From the IMG/VR virus record IMGVR_UViG_3300037088_000771, positions 77 through 64,076 of that record: a stretch of 64,000 nt of DNA; one strand, 5' to 3'. The translations under genes were made by a program, and so were the position numbers. The DNA comes from a virus. Lineage: Duplodnaviria > Caudoviricetes. Shown in pieces: positions 37,462 to 48,053 of the stretch; the first letter of the stretch is position 1, and each line of letters starts with the position of its first letter. The notes beneath the pieces are model-generated. The model was not told the DNA's origin. It saw nothing but the letters and a program-made list of their open reading frames with translations, and ran no database searches.

Positions 37462-37794
37462 ATGGAAACAATAGTAAAATTCAATTATTCAAAAATGAAG
37501 GAAGACATTAAAACCAAAGCAGAAGAACAGAAGTTCTTAAAGAATCAGAGAAAAGACGTACATATAGTTGGCGAAAGAAAAATGTCAACAAAAGATGCCA
37601 CATACAAGCATCAGACAAATAGAGAAGACTTACGAATAATGTACGCTGCCTATGGCATCGCCAGAGGTAAGAGTTTTTCTCAGACTGAAAATCATTTTCC
37701 AGAAGTAGATCATCCACTTCAGAAATACCAAAAAACTATCGACAGACTTTTAGAAAAGTATAAGGTACTTGTAAAGGTTGAAACAGTCGAATAA
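37462..37794 (+). CDS. conserved phage protein downstream of PTH2
   Basis: 110 aa; R..YAAYGIARGKSFSQTE motif. Confidence 0.7.
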   Translation: METIVKFNYSKMKEDIKTKAEEQKFLKNQRKDVHIVGERKMSTKDATYKHQTNREDLRIMYAAYGIARGKSFSQTENHFPEVDHPLQKYQKTIDRLLEKYKVLVKVETVE

Positions 37795-37800
37795 AAATAA

Positions 37801-37823
37801 AAAGGGGCAATCGCCCCTTTTTT
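37801..37823 (+). terminator. intrinsic terminator
   Basis: aaaggggc-aatc-gcccctttttt. Confidence 0.75.
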
Positions 37824-38195
37824 CTTGCATATTTGCTACGGATTGTGTAGTTTTACGCAAAATAATATTAGAGTTAACATATATAACATGGTAGATGATA
37901 AAAACGCAACTGGCGCACCGTCAGTTAAAACTCCCGAAGAACTTAAACTTATAGTAAGTGAAATTGATAAAGAAGTTGCAACTGAAGTCGAAGCAGACTT
38001 GGTACAACAGAATCAGGGAGAAACAGAGAAGAAAGAACTTACCGAAGAAGAAAAACGTGCTAAGTTAGTTGAAGCATTAAAACAATCTCACCAGAGATAT
38101 CATCCAAAGAAACAGTTCGGTACTGCATACAAACAAAAAAGGAAAGCAAAAAATCGCACGCAGAAAAAATCACGTAAATCAGCACGCAAGAAATA

Positions 38196-39392
38196 ATGGT
38201 AACAGGATATACAGGAGCAGGTAGTGACTCACCAGAGCATGAACCAACGAAAAAATTTACTGAAGGCAAATTCGCACCAAAATTGTCGATAAAGTCACGC
38301 TATAAGTTAGCTGATGGAAAGCCTTTTGAGAAAAAACCATATATGATGGCTGATATAAAACCTTTAGAAAATTTTGATCAGGATATCTGGTATCCACCTG
38401 TCAGTGGTGATACTCCCAACTATAATATAGTGGGTGATAATCGCATTAAAAAAGTTTTTAAAATACAAGTTGGCAATATACCTGACGATCAAATTGACGA
38501 CTATATAAAAAAGGTTGCTGAGAAGTTCAAGAAAGCAACACAGATTCAACCTGACTTGGATTGTGGGATTTATCCTAACGAAAATGAATTATTTTTACCA
38601 ACTAATATAGAAAAAAACATGGAAAAGAAAATGCCAGAACAACCAGATTTACAAAAAATACATGATGCACTTTATCCTAAGAGAAGTAGTGCTGCTCATT
38701 ACATGCATGTAATACCTAATAGTCATTTTTGGACTGATTTAACACAAATCAGGCAAACAATAGATTATGAACTACAAAGAAGAGTACATGAAGCCGAAGT
38801 CAAAGATAATAACACAATTTATATTGGTGAACCTCTGACTGCAGACTATATTTTAATTGGTCTTGGTAACTCACTTACACATGGCTACAAACTCAAACAA
38901 GATAAAAACGTAAAACTGAATCCTTCACACTTTATTATATTTGATTCTGTTGAAGACATGATTGAATATGTTCAGAGTGAAAGATTTGACTTAGAAAGTT
39001 TTAGTAGTATAATTAGTAATACAATTAATGTTGGATTTAACTTAACAAACGGATTAAAAATGGAAAGAAAAGATGTTTACAAACGCATTGATGGCGAAAG
39101 AAATTATCAGGACATAGTTGGAGAGAGTGGTCAACGTGGCGATTCTCCAGACGAAGAAAAACCTGTATCAGAATGGGTCAATTATATTGAATACCATTTA
39201 AGCAAAGCAAAAGACAAAGTATATCATTTACGTAAAGATGATGCACTTGAAGAATTACGTAAAGTGGCTGCACTGGCAGTTCGTGCTATGGAAATTCATG
39301 GTTGTCCTGAAAGAAGGATGCCAAGTCGTATCGGTAATATAACAATAAATCCCGATGGTACTACATGTAAATGTGGTGATTGTGAAAAATAA
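38196..39392 (+). CDS. multidomain protein: portal-like fragment plus C-terminal MazG-like helices
   Basis: VFKIQVGNIP...KFKK; ERNYQD...LRKVAALAVRAME.HG. Confidence 0.55.
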   Translation: MVTGYTGAGSDSPEHEPTKKFTEGKFAPKLSIKSRYKLADGKPFEKKPYMMADIKPLENFDQDIWYPPVSGDTPNYNIVGDNRIKKVFKIQVGNIPDDQIDDYIKKVAEKFKKATQIQPDLDCGIYPNENELFLPTNIEKNMEKKMPEQPDLQKIHDALYPKRSSAAHYMHVIPNSHFWTDLTQIRQTIDYELQRRVHEAEVKDNNTIYIGEPLTADYILIGLGNSLTHGYKLKQDKNVKLNPSHFIIFDSVEDMIEYVQSERFDLESFSSIISNTINVGFNLTNGLKMERKDVYKRIDGERNYQDIVGESGQRGDSPDEEKPVSEWVNYIEYHLSKAKDKVYHLRKDDALEELRKVAALAVRAMEIHGCPERRMPSRIGNITINPDGTTCKCGDCEK

Positions 39393-40090
39393 TTTAATTA
39401 TAAACTCATAAGAATGAAAAAATTCTGGACAGTAGTAAATACCATTATTGATTGGATTATGAATCTGATATTTACCGCAATACTTTTTGGTGGCGGTGCA
39501 TGGTGTATATGGGAAATTTTTATTAAGTAATGGAAAACATCGATTTAAATAATACGTATTGGGACAGACTAAAAGGATACGTAACTGAACTACGTGTAGA
39601 CGCACGTTGGATTTTACGTGGAAACGATGATGACAAACCCTATGGTTCGCTCAGAATCGTTTCGCATCCTGATCTTCCACCCGGATTTCTACGTGGTATT
39701 TTTAGTTATGTTGTAAAGATTCGTCCTAAAACAAAGGAAGAAAAGATGCAATCCACTGAAGATTATCAAATGGATGTAACCGAACTGGAAGTGTATTCAG
39801 TTGGTGATGATATTAAAACAGAAACCGTAACTGAAGAAGCACCATATAAAAAACTTGAAGAAACGTTTGGCGTAAAAGTATTCGAAAAATGAAATGTCTT
39901 TTATTTAGTATTGAAGAAATACAAGCCTTACTTGTAATAAGTGCTGGTGAAGTACAAAGATATTCAGACATTATAAAAACTCTTCCTGCTGAACGTTCCT
40001 CAATAACGTTTGAAATATTAAAGGCAAAATACGAAGGCAGAGTAAAGACTTTTGAAGAAATGTTAAAATTTGGTAAAGAAATAGACTACA

Positions 40091-40255
40091 ATGATTAAAG
40101 CAATTAGAAAAAGTATTGAAATTTTTGGCAAAGAAAATTTCAGGGTATGGTTAAGTACACCAAACTATGCAATGGGTGGCTTCATGCCAACATATTGGGA
40201 TTGGGATGTTATCTACAACGAATTGGTTAATATTGAATTTGGAGCACTTGCATAA
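40091..40255 (+). CDS. stand-alone Xre/MbcA/ParS toxin-binding domain (DUF2384-like), 54 aa
   Basis: IFGKENFRVWLSTPNYAMGG..P....V.YNEL.NIEFG; below the ORF-track cutoff. Confidence 0.7.
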   Translation: MIKAIRKSIEIFGKENFRVWLSTPNYAMGGFMPTYWDWDVIYNELVNIEFGALA

Positions 40256-40257
40256 TC

Positions 40258-41382
40258 ATGGAAAACATATTTAAAAAGTACGTAATTGCAAACGAATTGA
40301 TTGTAAATCAGGAAGACTGGAGCAATATAGTTCACCTGTATTCTCAAGAATTCATCATTCAAGAAATATCTGATGCAATTGTACTGTTCAATATTAATCT
40401 TCCATATCGTGATCTTATACTGGCAAATGTCAAAGATGAATATTATGCGCTGAAAAATCTAACAGAAACAGAACTATTCAAGCATGGCAAATGGATTAAC
40501 AAGTTTAATTACAAATATTCATTTCTTGATCATTATATCGATCTATCAAATATAGGTAATAAAGCATCTGATTATTTTCATCAGGTTGAACGCTGGAAAT
40601 GTGATGCAACTGGTTATCCTTCTCCACAGAAGACTTGGGAGAATGAAAGATTTAGATTAACACTCTTTAAGGCACTCTTTAGCCTCAAAGTCAAAGAGAT
40701 CAACCCAACAGTACTCCGCAACTTAATATCGCTTAGAAAGTACATCGCAGCGCAATTCAGACCATCTGTTGCCAAAACAATTTATGATATATATAAACCT
40801 AACACCGTTTTGGATTTCAGCATGGGTTGGGGTGACAGATTACTTGCTGCACATGCTTCACGTTACGTAAAGAGATATGTTGGCATTGACCCGAATATTA
40901 ATTTATTTGAAGGTTATGGTAAACAGATCAGAGCATATGATGCAATCTGGGGCAAAATAAAAGAAATTAATCCTATTTGTGGACGTGCAGAAGATGAAAA
41001 TTTACGATTAGGTGACCAGTTTGACATGATATTTACTTCACCACCGTACTTCGACAAAGAGAAATATGATCAAAGCGATCAGCAGTCATATAAAATGTAT
41101 CATGGATTTGATTCTTGGATGAAAGATTTTTTATTTAAATCCATTGAACTCAGAAGCGAGAACCTTAAGAGTGGCGGACTTCTCATTATCAATATCAGCG
41201 ACATTTATACAAGAAAGAAATTATACCCGATTTGTGACGGCATGAATGACTTCATTGCAAGCACAGGTCTATATGATTATGTTGGTGCTATTGGACTCAG
41301 AATGCCCAAGAGACCAATGAGTATATCATCAGATACTGTTGGAATGTTTGGAGAACCTATATGGATATGGAAAAAGAAATAA
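40258..41382 (+). CDS. DNA amino-methyltransferase
   Basis: QFRPS, LDFSMGWGDRL, FTSPPYF; paralog of 9200-10234. Confidence 0.85.
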   Translation: MENIFKKYVIANELIVNQEDWSNIVHLYSQEFIIQEISDAIVLFNINLPYRDLILANVKDEYYALKNLTETELFKHGKWINKFNYKYSFLDHYIDLSNIGNKASDYFHQVERWKCDATGYPSPQKTWENERFRLTLFKALFSLKVKEINPTVLRNLISLRKYIAAQFRPSVAKTIYDIYKPNTVLDFSMGWGDRLLAAHASRYVKRYVGIDPNINLFEGYGKQIRAYDAIWGKIKEINPICGRAEDENLRLGDQFDMIFTSPPYFDKEKYDQSDQQSYKMYHGFDSWMKDFLFKSIELRSENLKSGGLLIINISDIYTRKKLYPICDGMNDFIASTGLYDYVGAIGLRMPKRPMSISSDTVGMFGEPIWIWKKK

Positions 41383-41584
41383 TTGAATTGATTGTTGATA
41401 ACACAGGTGTTTCAACTGAACAAGCGAAGATTGTAACAAATGAAATAATAAAACTTCATTTACAATCACAAATTGATTTGCTGGGTACTGTTATTGAACA
41501 CCCAAACAAACCTAACTATAAACGACATGATGTTCTTGACAAAATGAATCAATTAAAAAAGAAATTATATAAAAAACGACAAAT

Positions 41585-42502
41585 ATGAAAAATGAGAATT
41601 TAGTAAAAGAAATAATAATGGAAAACAACGAGAAAAAGAAAGAAAAAAGTTCTGAAAAGGACACTACTGCAACAACTGGCAAAGGTTCTGGTCTTAGATT
41701 CAATAAAGGAAAACAAAGATACGATTTAGTTGAACCACATGCATTTGCAGATTTTGTCCAAGTTCTTACGGATGGAGCAGAAAAATATTTTGACCGTAAT
41801 TGGGAAAACGGATTATCTTGGACTTCTGTACTGGCATCACTTAAAAGGCATATTGCTGCTATTGAAAGAGGCGAAGATTATGATAAAGAAAGCGGTAGAT
41901 TACATATTGCTCACGCAGCTTGTAATGTACATTTCCTCAATGCATTCTATTACACCTTTCCACAGGGTGATGATAGACCAAAAAGATATCTTAAACTACC
42001 AAAAATCGGCTTAGATTTAGATGGTGTTATTGCTAACTGGACAGAAGCATGGAATAAATTATATCCTGAAGTAGAAGTATCGCCAAATTCTTGGTATCTC
42101 GACAGAAAGGTTGGTAAAAGGTTTCAGGCAATGCGTGAAGCAGGTACTCTGGATGATTTTTATTTAAATAATGTAGAACCATTAATGAGTCCAGAAGACT
42201 TGCCTTTTGAACCACATTGCTACATAACATCAAGACCAGTATCCAAAGAAGTGTCTGAGGCATGGCTTGACAAACATCATTTTCCTGCAAAACCAGTATA
42301 TAGTATAGAGGTTCGTCAAAGTAAAGTTCAGGTCGCTAAAGACGCTGGTGTAGAAATATTTGTGGATGATTCATTTGAAAATTTTGTAGAATTAAACAAT
42401 GGAGGTATCTTTACATACTTATACTCAGCACCTTGGAATTTAAAACATGATGTTGGTCATATGAGAATTAAGTCATTGAAGGACATACCGTTACTGAAGT
42501 AA
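41585..42502 (+). CDS. dATP/dGTP diphosphohydrolase (DUF5664) fused to a HAD 5'-nucleotidase domain
   Basis: GK.RYDL..GA.KY...NW..G...D.ESG..H.AHAACN; DLDGV, ITSR, FVDD. Confidence 0.85.
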   Translation: MKNENLVKEIIMENNEKKKEKSSEKDTTATTGKGSGLRFNKGKQRYDLVEPHAFADFVQVLTDGAEKYFDRNWENGLSWTSVLASLKRHIAAIERGEDYDKESGRLHIAHAACNVHFLNAFYYTFPQGDDRPKRYLKLPKIGLDLDGVIANWTEAWNKLYPEVEVSPNSWYLDRKVGKRFQAMREAGTLDDFYLNNVEPLMSPEDLPFEPHCYITSRPVSKEVSEAWLDKHHFPAKPVYSIEVRQSKVQVAKDAGVEIFVDDSFENFVELNNGGIFTYLYSAPWNLKHDVGHMRIKSLKDIPLLK

Positions 42503-42600
42503 ATAAAATACCTGTTTTTTATTGTTTTTACGTATTAACCGTCATTTTTTAGTATTTATAAATGACGGTTAATTACATTTAGTGATAAAACGATAAAACA

Positions 42601-43077
42601 ATGGGAAACATTTTTTCAGACATAACAGAAGACATAGAATTAAAACCAACCAAATCTAAGAAGGTAATAAAATGGGTTATTAGGATTGCTGTACTTTTAA
42701 TTTGCGGAGCATTTATATTGGGTCAAATTAAAATAAAAAGTCTTAATAAAGTAGGTAATTTTGAAAAAACCTTACAAGAAAACACACAGGCAGTTAAAGA
42801 CTTAAAACAAGAAACAGAAAATGGTTTTAAAGCAGTTAACGGTAGAATTGACAAAGTATATGATGATGGTCTTAAAGAATTTAACAGTTTTCAAGATTTC
42901 AACAAAAAGCAATTAATAATGGTTATTGATTATGGACAGACAAATAAAAATCTTCTAAAACAAATGCTTGAATTAAACTCCATAGAAAAATCTAAAGCTG
43001 TTGAAAGCAATCTGGAACAAGCAAAAACACAAAAAGATACATTCAACATTGTAGTAAAACCTATGCCAAAAAAGTAA
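42601..43077 (+). CDS. membrane-anchored coiled-coil protein
   Basis: One TM segment followed by a coiled coil. Confidence 0.6.
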   Translation: MGNIFSDITEDIELKPTKSKKVIKWVIRIAVLLICGAFILGQIKIKSLNKVGNFEKTLQENTQAVKDLKQETENGFKAVNGRIDKVYDDGLKEFNSFQDFNKKQLIMVIDYGQTNKNLLKQMLELNSIEKSKAVESNLEQAKTQKDTFNIVVKPMPKK

Positions 43078-43430
43078 TTACTTTTATTTAAAAACATAAA
43101 ACACATGGGAATATTTCCAACTGCTTATAGCAAAGAAGGATTCATTGAATTTCTTCAAAAGAATCATGTAAATGAAACAATTATTGAAAAATTTAAATTT
43201 TTACCTGAAAATGTCAAAAAAAATAAGCACCTTTACGCAATAAATATTTTATGTACTTGGTATAACACTGGTGATACACATTACAACTTTGAATTAAACT
43301 ATTATTCGGAAGATCAGATTGAATATTTGTTTCCTTTTAAAGTCTTCACCAATGTTGAAACAAGTATTGATAATTTAACTTGTGATTTAGTTGCTGGTAA
43401 ATATATTAAGAAGCCAGAAAAATTAAAATA

Positions 43431-44060
43431 ATGAAAATTTGTATTATATCTGATACTCATAATAAACATAAGCGTTTAGGCAAATTGCCAGATGCGGATG
43501 TTGTTATTCATTGTGGTGACTTTACCAGTGTTGGTCATAGTCATGAAATTGTTGATTTTATGAAATGGTACTCTATGCTTCCACATAACCATAAACTCAT
43601 TATTGCTGGAAATCATGACATGCTTTTTGAAAATAGTCGTTTATTGGCATTAGAAAAAGTACCAAAGAACGTAATTTATTTGGAAGATAGTGGTATAGAA
43701 ATCGAAGGAGTAAAATTCTATGGTTCACCAGTACAATTACCATTTATGAATTGGGCATTCAATCGTCCTGAAGAAAAACTTGTACAACATTGGCAAGCAA
43801 TTCCAGATGATACTGATGTACTAATTACACATAGTGCACCACATAGTATCATGGATTTCGGCATATATAGTAATCATCATACTGGCTCACCATCATTATA
43901 TTGGGAGGTTATGAATAGAATTAAACCCAAAATACATTGTTTCGGGCATGTTCATAGCGGGTATGGCATTAAAATAATTGAAAATACAACATTCATTAAT
44001 GCCAGTAATCTTAATGACGATTACTTATGTGTGAATGCGCCAGTAGTTATTGAAATATAA
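43431..44060 (+). CDS. metallophosphoesterase (MPPED-like)
   Basis: SDTH, HCGD, GNHD, THS.P, FGHVH. Confidence 0.92.
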   Translation: MKICIISDTHNKHKRLGKLPDADVVIHCGDFTSVGHSHEIVDFMKWYSMLPHNHKLIIAGNHDMLFENSRLLALEKVPKNVIYLEDSGIEIEGVKFYGSPVQLPFMNWAFNRPEEKLVQHWQAIPDDTDVLITHSAPHSIMDFGIYSNHHTGSPSLYWEVMNRIKPKIHCFGHVHSGYGIKIIENTTFINASNLNDDYLCVNAPVVIEI

Positions 44061-44118
44061 AAGCCAGACACACTGGCTTTTTTCTTTTAATTTAAACTAT
44101 TTATATGAAATTTGTTTT

Positions 44119-44985
44119 ATGAAATTCATAAACACTATTATAAAGGAAGAATTTGTTAAATTACTCAAAGAAATCAATTATAGTCATGATGATGATATTG
44201 ATTACACACAATTTGAGAGAGAAGATGAATTGAAACGAAGTTTGTTTGACGATTTTCTTTATCATAACACACCAGATTTTACTAAGCATGTCCCTTGGAG
44301 TGTTGTACCGTTTCCCAGACTAAAAAAGATTTGGGAAGATTTTATGACATATGGCTCAGTCAGAGATACGAAAGGCTTAGAAATAATTGAAGACTTGATG
44401 ATTGAAAATACCAGCAAAGTTAGTATTTTTACAAACTTAGCAGGTCATACACAATGGGGAGATCAGGAAGCACTTGATGAAAATATTGGGTATTGGGTAG
44501 ATCAGCAACTAAATTGTTTATTCAAGCCACAAAAGGTTGATACAAATCAACTTGAAATACCATATGATAATCCTAAAAGCGGTTATAAACAAAAACAACC
44601 AGTACCTGAAGCCGAACCATGTAGCACAGAAATACATCCATTCATTCAAGAATACTTTGACGACAATTATAATCCAGAATCAATGGATAGAGAAGATATT
44701 AGGGGTATGCTTTATGATTTAATGAGTGGTAGATTTTTTGACTATTACATGAATGACCCTGAAGGTAGAATGGGTGGCTTTATTAGTGATTATGGTTTAA
44801 AACCACTTGAAGAACTACTTGTACAGTTATTAAGAGCAACCAGTCCAGAAGAAAAATTACTCCTTATTGACAGAATGCTCAATGTTGTACACCAACGTTC
44901 AGACATTGCAGACTGGTTTGTTGAAGGTGGTTCACACGCATTAGCTCAATTAAGTGGCTCACCAACACAAGTAGAACAACAATAA
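44119..44985 (+). CDS. hypothetical protein with IIKEE N-terminal motif
   Basis: Long ORF with upstream tatttata motif. Confidence 0.7.
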   Translation: MKFINTIIKEEFVKLLKEINYSHDDDIDYTQFEREDELKRSLFDDFLYHNTPDFTKHVPWSVVPFPRLKKIWEDFMTYGSVRDTKGLEIIEDLMIENTSKVSIFTNLAGHTQWGDQEALDENIGYWVDQQLNCLFKPQKVDTNQLEIPYDNPKSGYKQKQPVPEAEPCSTEIHPFIQEYFDDNYNPESMDREDIRGMLYDLMSGRFFDYYMNDPEGRMGGFISDYGLKPLEELLVQLLRATSPEEKLLLIDRMLNVVHQRSDIADWFVEGGSHALAQLSGSPTQVEQQ

Positions 44986-45453
44986 TTTTAATTAAAATCA
45001 ATCCTTTTACGACATTCGCTCTATTTATGGTAAAAATTATTTTACGATAAATTATAATCAGTATGAATATCAACGAATTATTCGACAAGATACATGAAAG
45101 TGGATTGTCAGAAAGTCTAAAGGGAGAATTAATAGTAAAAGGAAATTGTATAATCTGGACATACGATTTAAATAAAAATAGTGAAGAAATCGAAGCACCT
45201 GTTGATGAAGACGGTGAAGAACCAGAATTCAGCTTTGAATCATCAAGTCCTGAAGAATTATTACTTGAAGCATACACTGAAGACTTAGAAAAACTTCAGG
45301 AGTTTCTTGACGAAAATGAAGAGACAGAAAACTGGACATTCTCAGAGCCAGAAACCAGCGATACAATAATTTCTTTCAGAATTTTCTAAAATTATGTAAC
45401 TATATGGATTTGTTTTCGTATAATTGCATATAATTATATTAAACAAATCTATT

Positions 45454-46458
45454 ATGGGTGGAAGAGCATTAAACAAGTATGGTGTTCATACTGAAAGAAA
45501 GAACACTGACGAATTTCGAAAAATCGGATACGAACTCCAAACACGTGTCAAAGAAGACTTGGTGTACAATACTGCCATTGTCACTTGTTATCGCACAAAA
45601 GCTGATCACGGTGACTTGGATTTATTAATTTGTGTTCCTGACAATAATATTGTTAATTGGAGAAATTATATTGAGAATGTATTTAAACCACAAGCTATTT
45701 ACAGTAATGGTGGCGTACATTCATTCGATTATCAGGGATTTCAAGTAGATTTTATTCCTATACTTGAAACTAAATGGGAATCAGCATTGGTTTACTTTTC
45801 ATATGACCCGCTTGGCAACATCATGGGTAAAACTTATCATAAGTTTAATTTGTCATATGGCTGGGAAGGTCTGTTCTATAAGTATAGAAATGGAAGAGGT
45901 ACACACTCAAAGAATATCCTGCTTACTAATGATGTAAGAAGAATATTTGACTTTGGTGGTTACGACTATGACAGATACTTAAAAGGTTTTGACACACTTG
46001 AAGAAATCTATAAGTTTGCAATCGATGGTAAATATTTTGACACAGAAATGTTTCAAATGGAAAACCTTAAAAGTATAGATAAAAAAAGAAATCGTAGACG
46101 TGGCTCATATCACCAATTCTTAGAATATCTTAAGAGTTACAACATTCATACCAGTTATCTTTTTGAAGAAGACAAAGACATGTATATCCTTGACATTGAT
46201 ACTGCATTTCCAGAAGCAAATCTTTTAGAACAGCTTCATGATTTACAAGTACAAGATGAACTTGATCAGGCACTTGCAGAAAAATTCAACGGAAACGTTG
46301 TTATGGAATGGCTACCTGAACTTAAAGGAAAAGCATTAGGTGTTGCTATGGGTAACTTTAAAAGAACATTAGATGATGATTATAATTGGATGATCACTGA
46401 TCTGCCGATTAGTGACATTCGTGATTTATTTATGAAAATTTACAATGGAGAAAAATAA
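45454..46458 (+). CDS. nucleotidyltransferase-fold phage protein
   Basis: K.DHGDLDLL and QVDFI motifs. Confidence 0.65.
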   Translation: MGGRALNKYGVHTERKNTDEFRKIGYELQTRVKEDLVYNTAIVTCYRTKADHGDLDLLICVPDNNIVNWRNYIENVFKPQAIYSNGGVHSFDYQGFQVDFIPILETKWESALVYFSYDPLGNIMGKTYHKFNLSYGWEGLFYKYRNGRGTHSKNILLTNDVRRIFDFGGYDYDRYLKGFDTLEEIYKFAIDGKYFDTEMFQMENLKSIDKKRNRRRGSYHQFLEYLKSYNIHTSYLFEEDKDMYILDIDTAFPEANLLEQLHDLQVQDELDQALAEKFNGNVVMEWLPELKGKALGVAMGNFKRTLDDDYNWMITDLPISDIRDLFMKIYNGEK

Positions 46459-47314
46459 TATCTTACAAGTAGGTAGTAAAAATCTTAGCACAGAGAACTG
46501 GAAAGTATACCACCCGAATGGACGGCATATGTTTACATGTGGCGAAAAGAAAGCATTCTGGTATCTGGAGAGAAATCTGGCTAAGACCATCAATGGCGAA
46601 AGATCGATTAAATTAACTTTCGAACCTAAAGGCAATGGCTTTGAGGATAACGAAATATTTGGTCGCTCAATTCGTATTGTACAATGCGTTGTCACTGGTA
46701 TTAGTGACGGTCTGCAACGGCATCATATTGTGCCTTATTGCTATCGTACATATTTTCCTGAACAGTACAAATCAAAGAATCATCATGACGTGGTTTTAAT
46801 GAATTTCGAAATACATTCAGAATATGAACAAAAAGCAAATGTATTTAAAGACGAAGTTGCCAAAATATATGATGTAAAAACAATTGGTGAACTTAATACT
46901 GAGTACACAGCTAAACTACGTGAACTTGGTAAGCCAAATGCTATTATATTGAACACCATTCATTCATTGTTCAAGACTTATGGTAGATTGTCACAAGAAG
47001 CAATACTGGAGAAATTACAATATCTTGCTGACAATACTTGCATACCTTTTGAAACATTGAAGAAATATAACTATATTCAATTTTATAAGTTGTATTTGCT
47101 GTTAAGAAAACAACACATTGATGAACTCTATCATTTCAAAATTGATTATCGTAAAGAATTTGATCATGGTTATCATGTTGTACAAAAACTTGACACAGAA
47201 GATAAAATCGAAGAATTTGTAAAACTCTGGAGAAATCATTTTGTTGACACAATGCAACCACTTTTCATGCCCACTGGCTGGTCAGTTGATTTTCGTATTA
47301 AAACAAAAATATAA
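46445..47314 (+). CDS. HNH-like protein resembling the EXD2 C-terminal region
   Basis: KA.WYL...LA, L.FEP.G, CVV.G, RHHIVP.CYR.YFP...KS.N.HDVVL. Confidence 0.6.
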   Translation: MEKNNILQVGSKNLSTENWKVYHPNGRHMFTCGEKKAFWYLERNLAKTINGERSIKLTFEPKGNGFEDNEIFGRSIRIVQCVVTGISDGLQRHHIVPYCYRTYFPEQYKSKNHHDVVLMNFEIHSEYEQKANVFKDEVAKIYDVKTIGELNTEYTAKLRELGKPNAIILNTIHSLFKTYGRLSQEAILEKLQYLADNTCIPFETLKKYNYIQFYKLYLLLRKQHIDELYHFKIDYRKEFDHGYHVVQKLDTEDKIEEFVKLWRNHFVDTMQPLFMPTGWSVDFRIKTKI

Positions 47315-47373
47315 AAACTGTTGCAAATAACAATTATATTGATTAATATTGTATTCTAAAATAAATAAAGTAT

Positions 47374-47853
47374 ATGAAACTTCACAAAGCACTTAAATTA
47401 AGAAAAAAATTAGTTGGCGACATCGCACGTCTGAAAACTCAAATTCAAACAAAGAATTCATATTCAGAGGATTCACTCGATGCAACTAAGTATAACGTAC
47501 CAAAACTGTACGAAGAATTAAAAGGTAAGATCAATGATTTGATTGGATTGAAGTATGCAATCAATGAAGCAAACCGTGAAATTCAGGCAAGCATTTACAC
47601 GATTTCAGAATATAAAGCACTTATTGCTTTCTGGAATGAAGTGCCTATTAAAGAAGGTAAACAGATGGTAGGTTATTCTGATATAACAACAATTCAATAC
47701 TGTGTTCAGATTGATGAAGCTGCACGTAATCAAATGGTTGCAGAATTTCAGACAAAAGTAGATGCACTACAAGAAGAAATTGACACATTCAATTACACCA
47801 CTGACATTCCTTGGGGAGAAGAAGAAATAGTCCCTAAAGAAGAAGTACAGTAA
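47374..47853 (+). CDS. DIP1984-like coiled-coil protein
   Basis: MKL.KALK.RK...LK.AI..AN...D.LQ..ID.FN..T. Confidence 0.6.
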   Translation: MKLHKALKLRKKLVGDIARLKTQIQTKNSYSEDSLDATKYNVPKLYEELKGKINDLIGLKYAINEANREIQASIYTISEYKALIAFWNEVPIKEGKQMVGYSDITTIQYCVQIDEAARNQMVAEFQTKVDALQEEIDTFNYTTDIPWGEEEIVPKEEVQ

Positions 47854-48053
47854 GAAAAACTGGAGTGTGTGATCGAGTAACAATTAAAGTTAAATTTTGG
47901 GCAATTACATTGCTTCTGAATGGTAAACGATAGCGAATAAGAATGTTCAATAATCATGGATTCATATCGTCAAAATTTAAGCCTCAAAACTTAAAACTCA
48001 TTTAAATTTACTTTATTTGCCAAAGGCACACACTTCTTTTATTTAAAAACACT

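Noticed and set aside
41585-42502. Evidence for a Z (2-aminoadenine) genome
   Set aside because: DUF5664 is widespread in phages and no purZ is present in the window.
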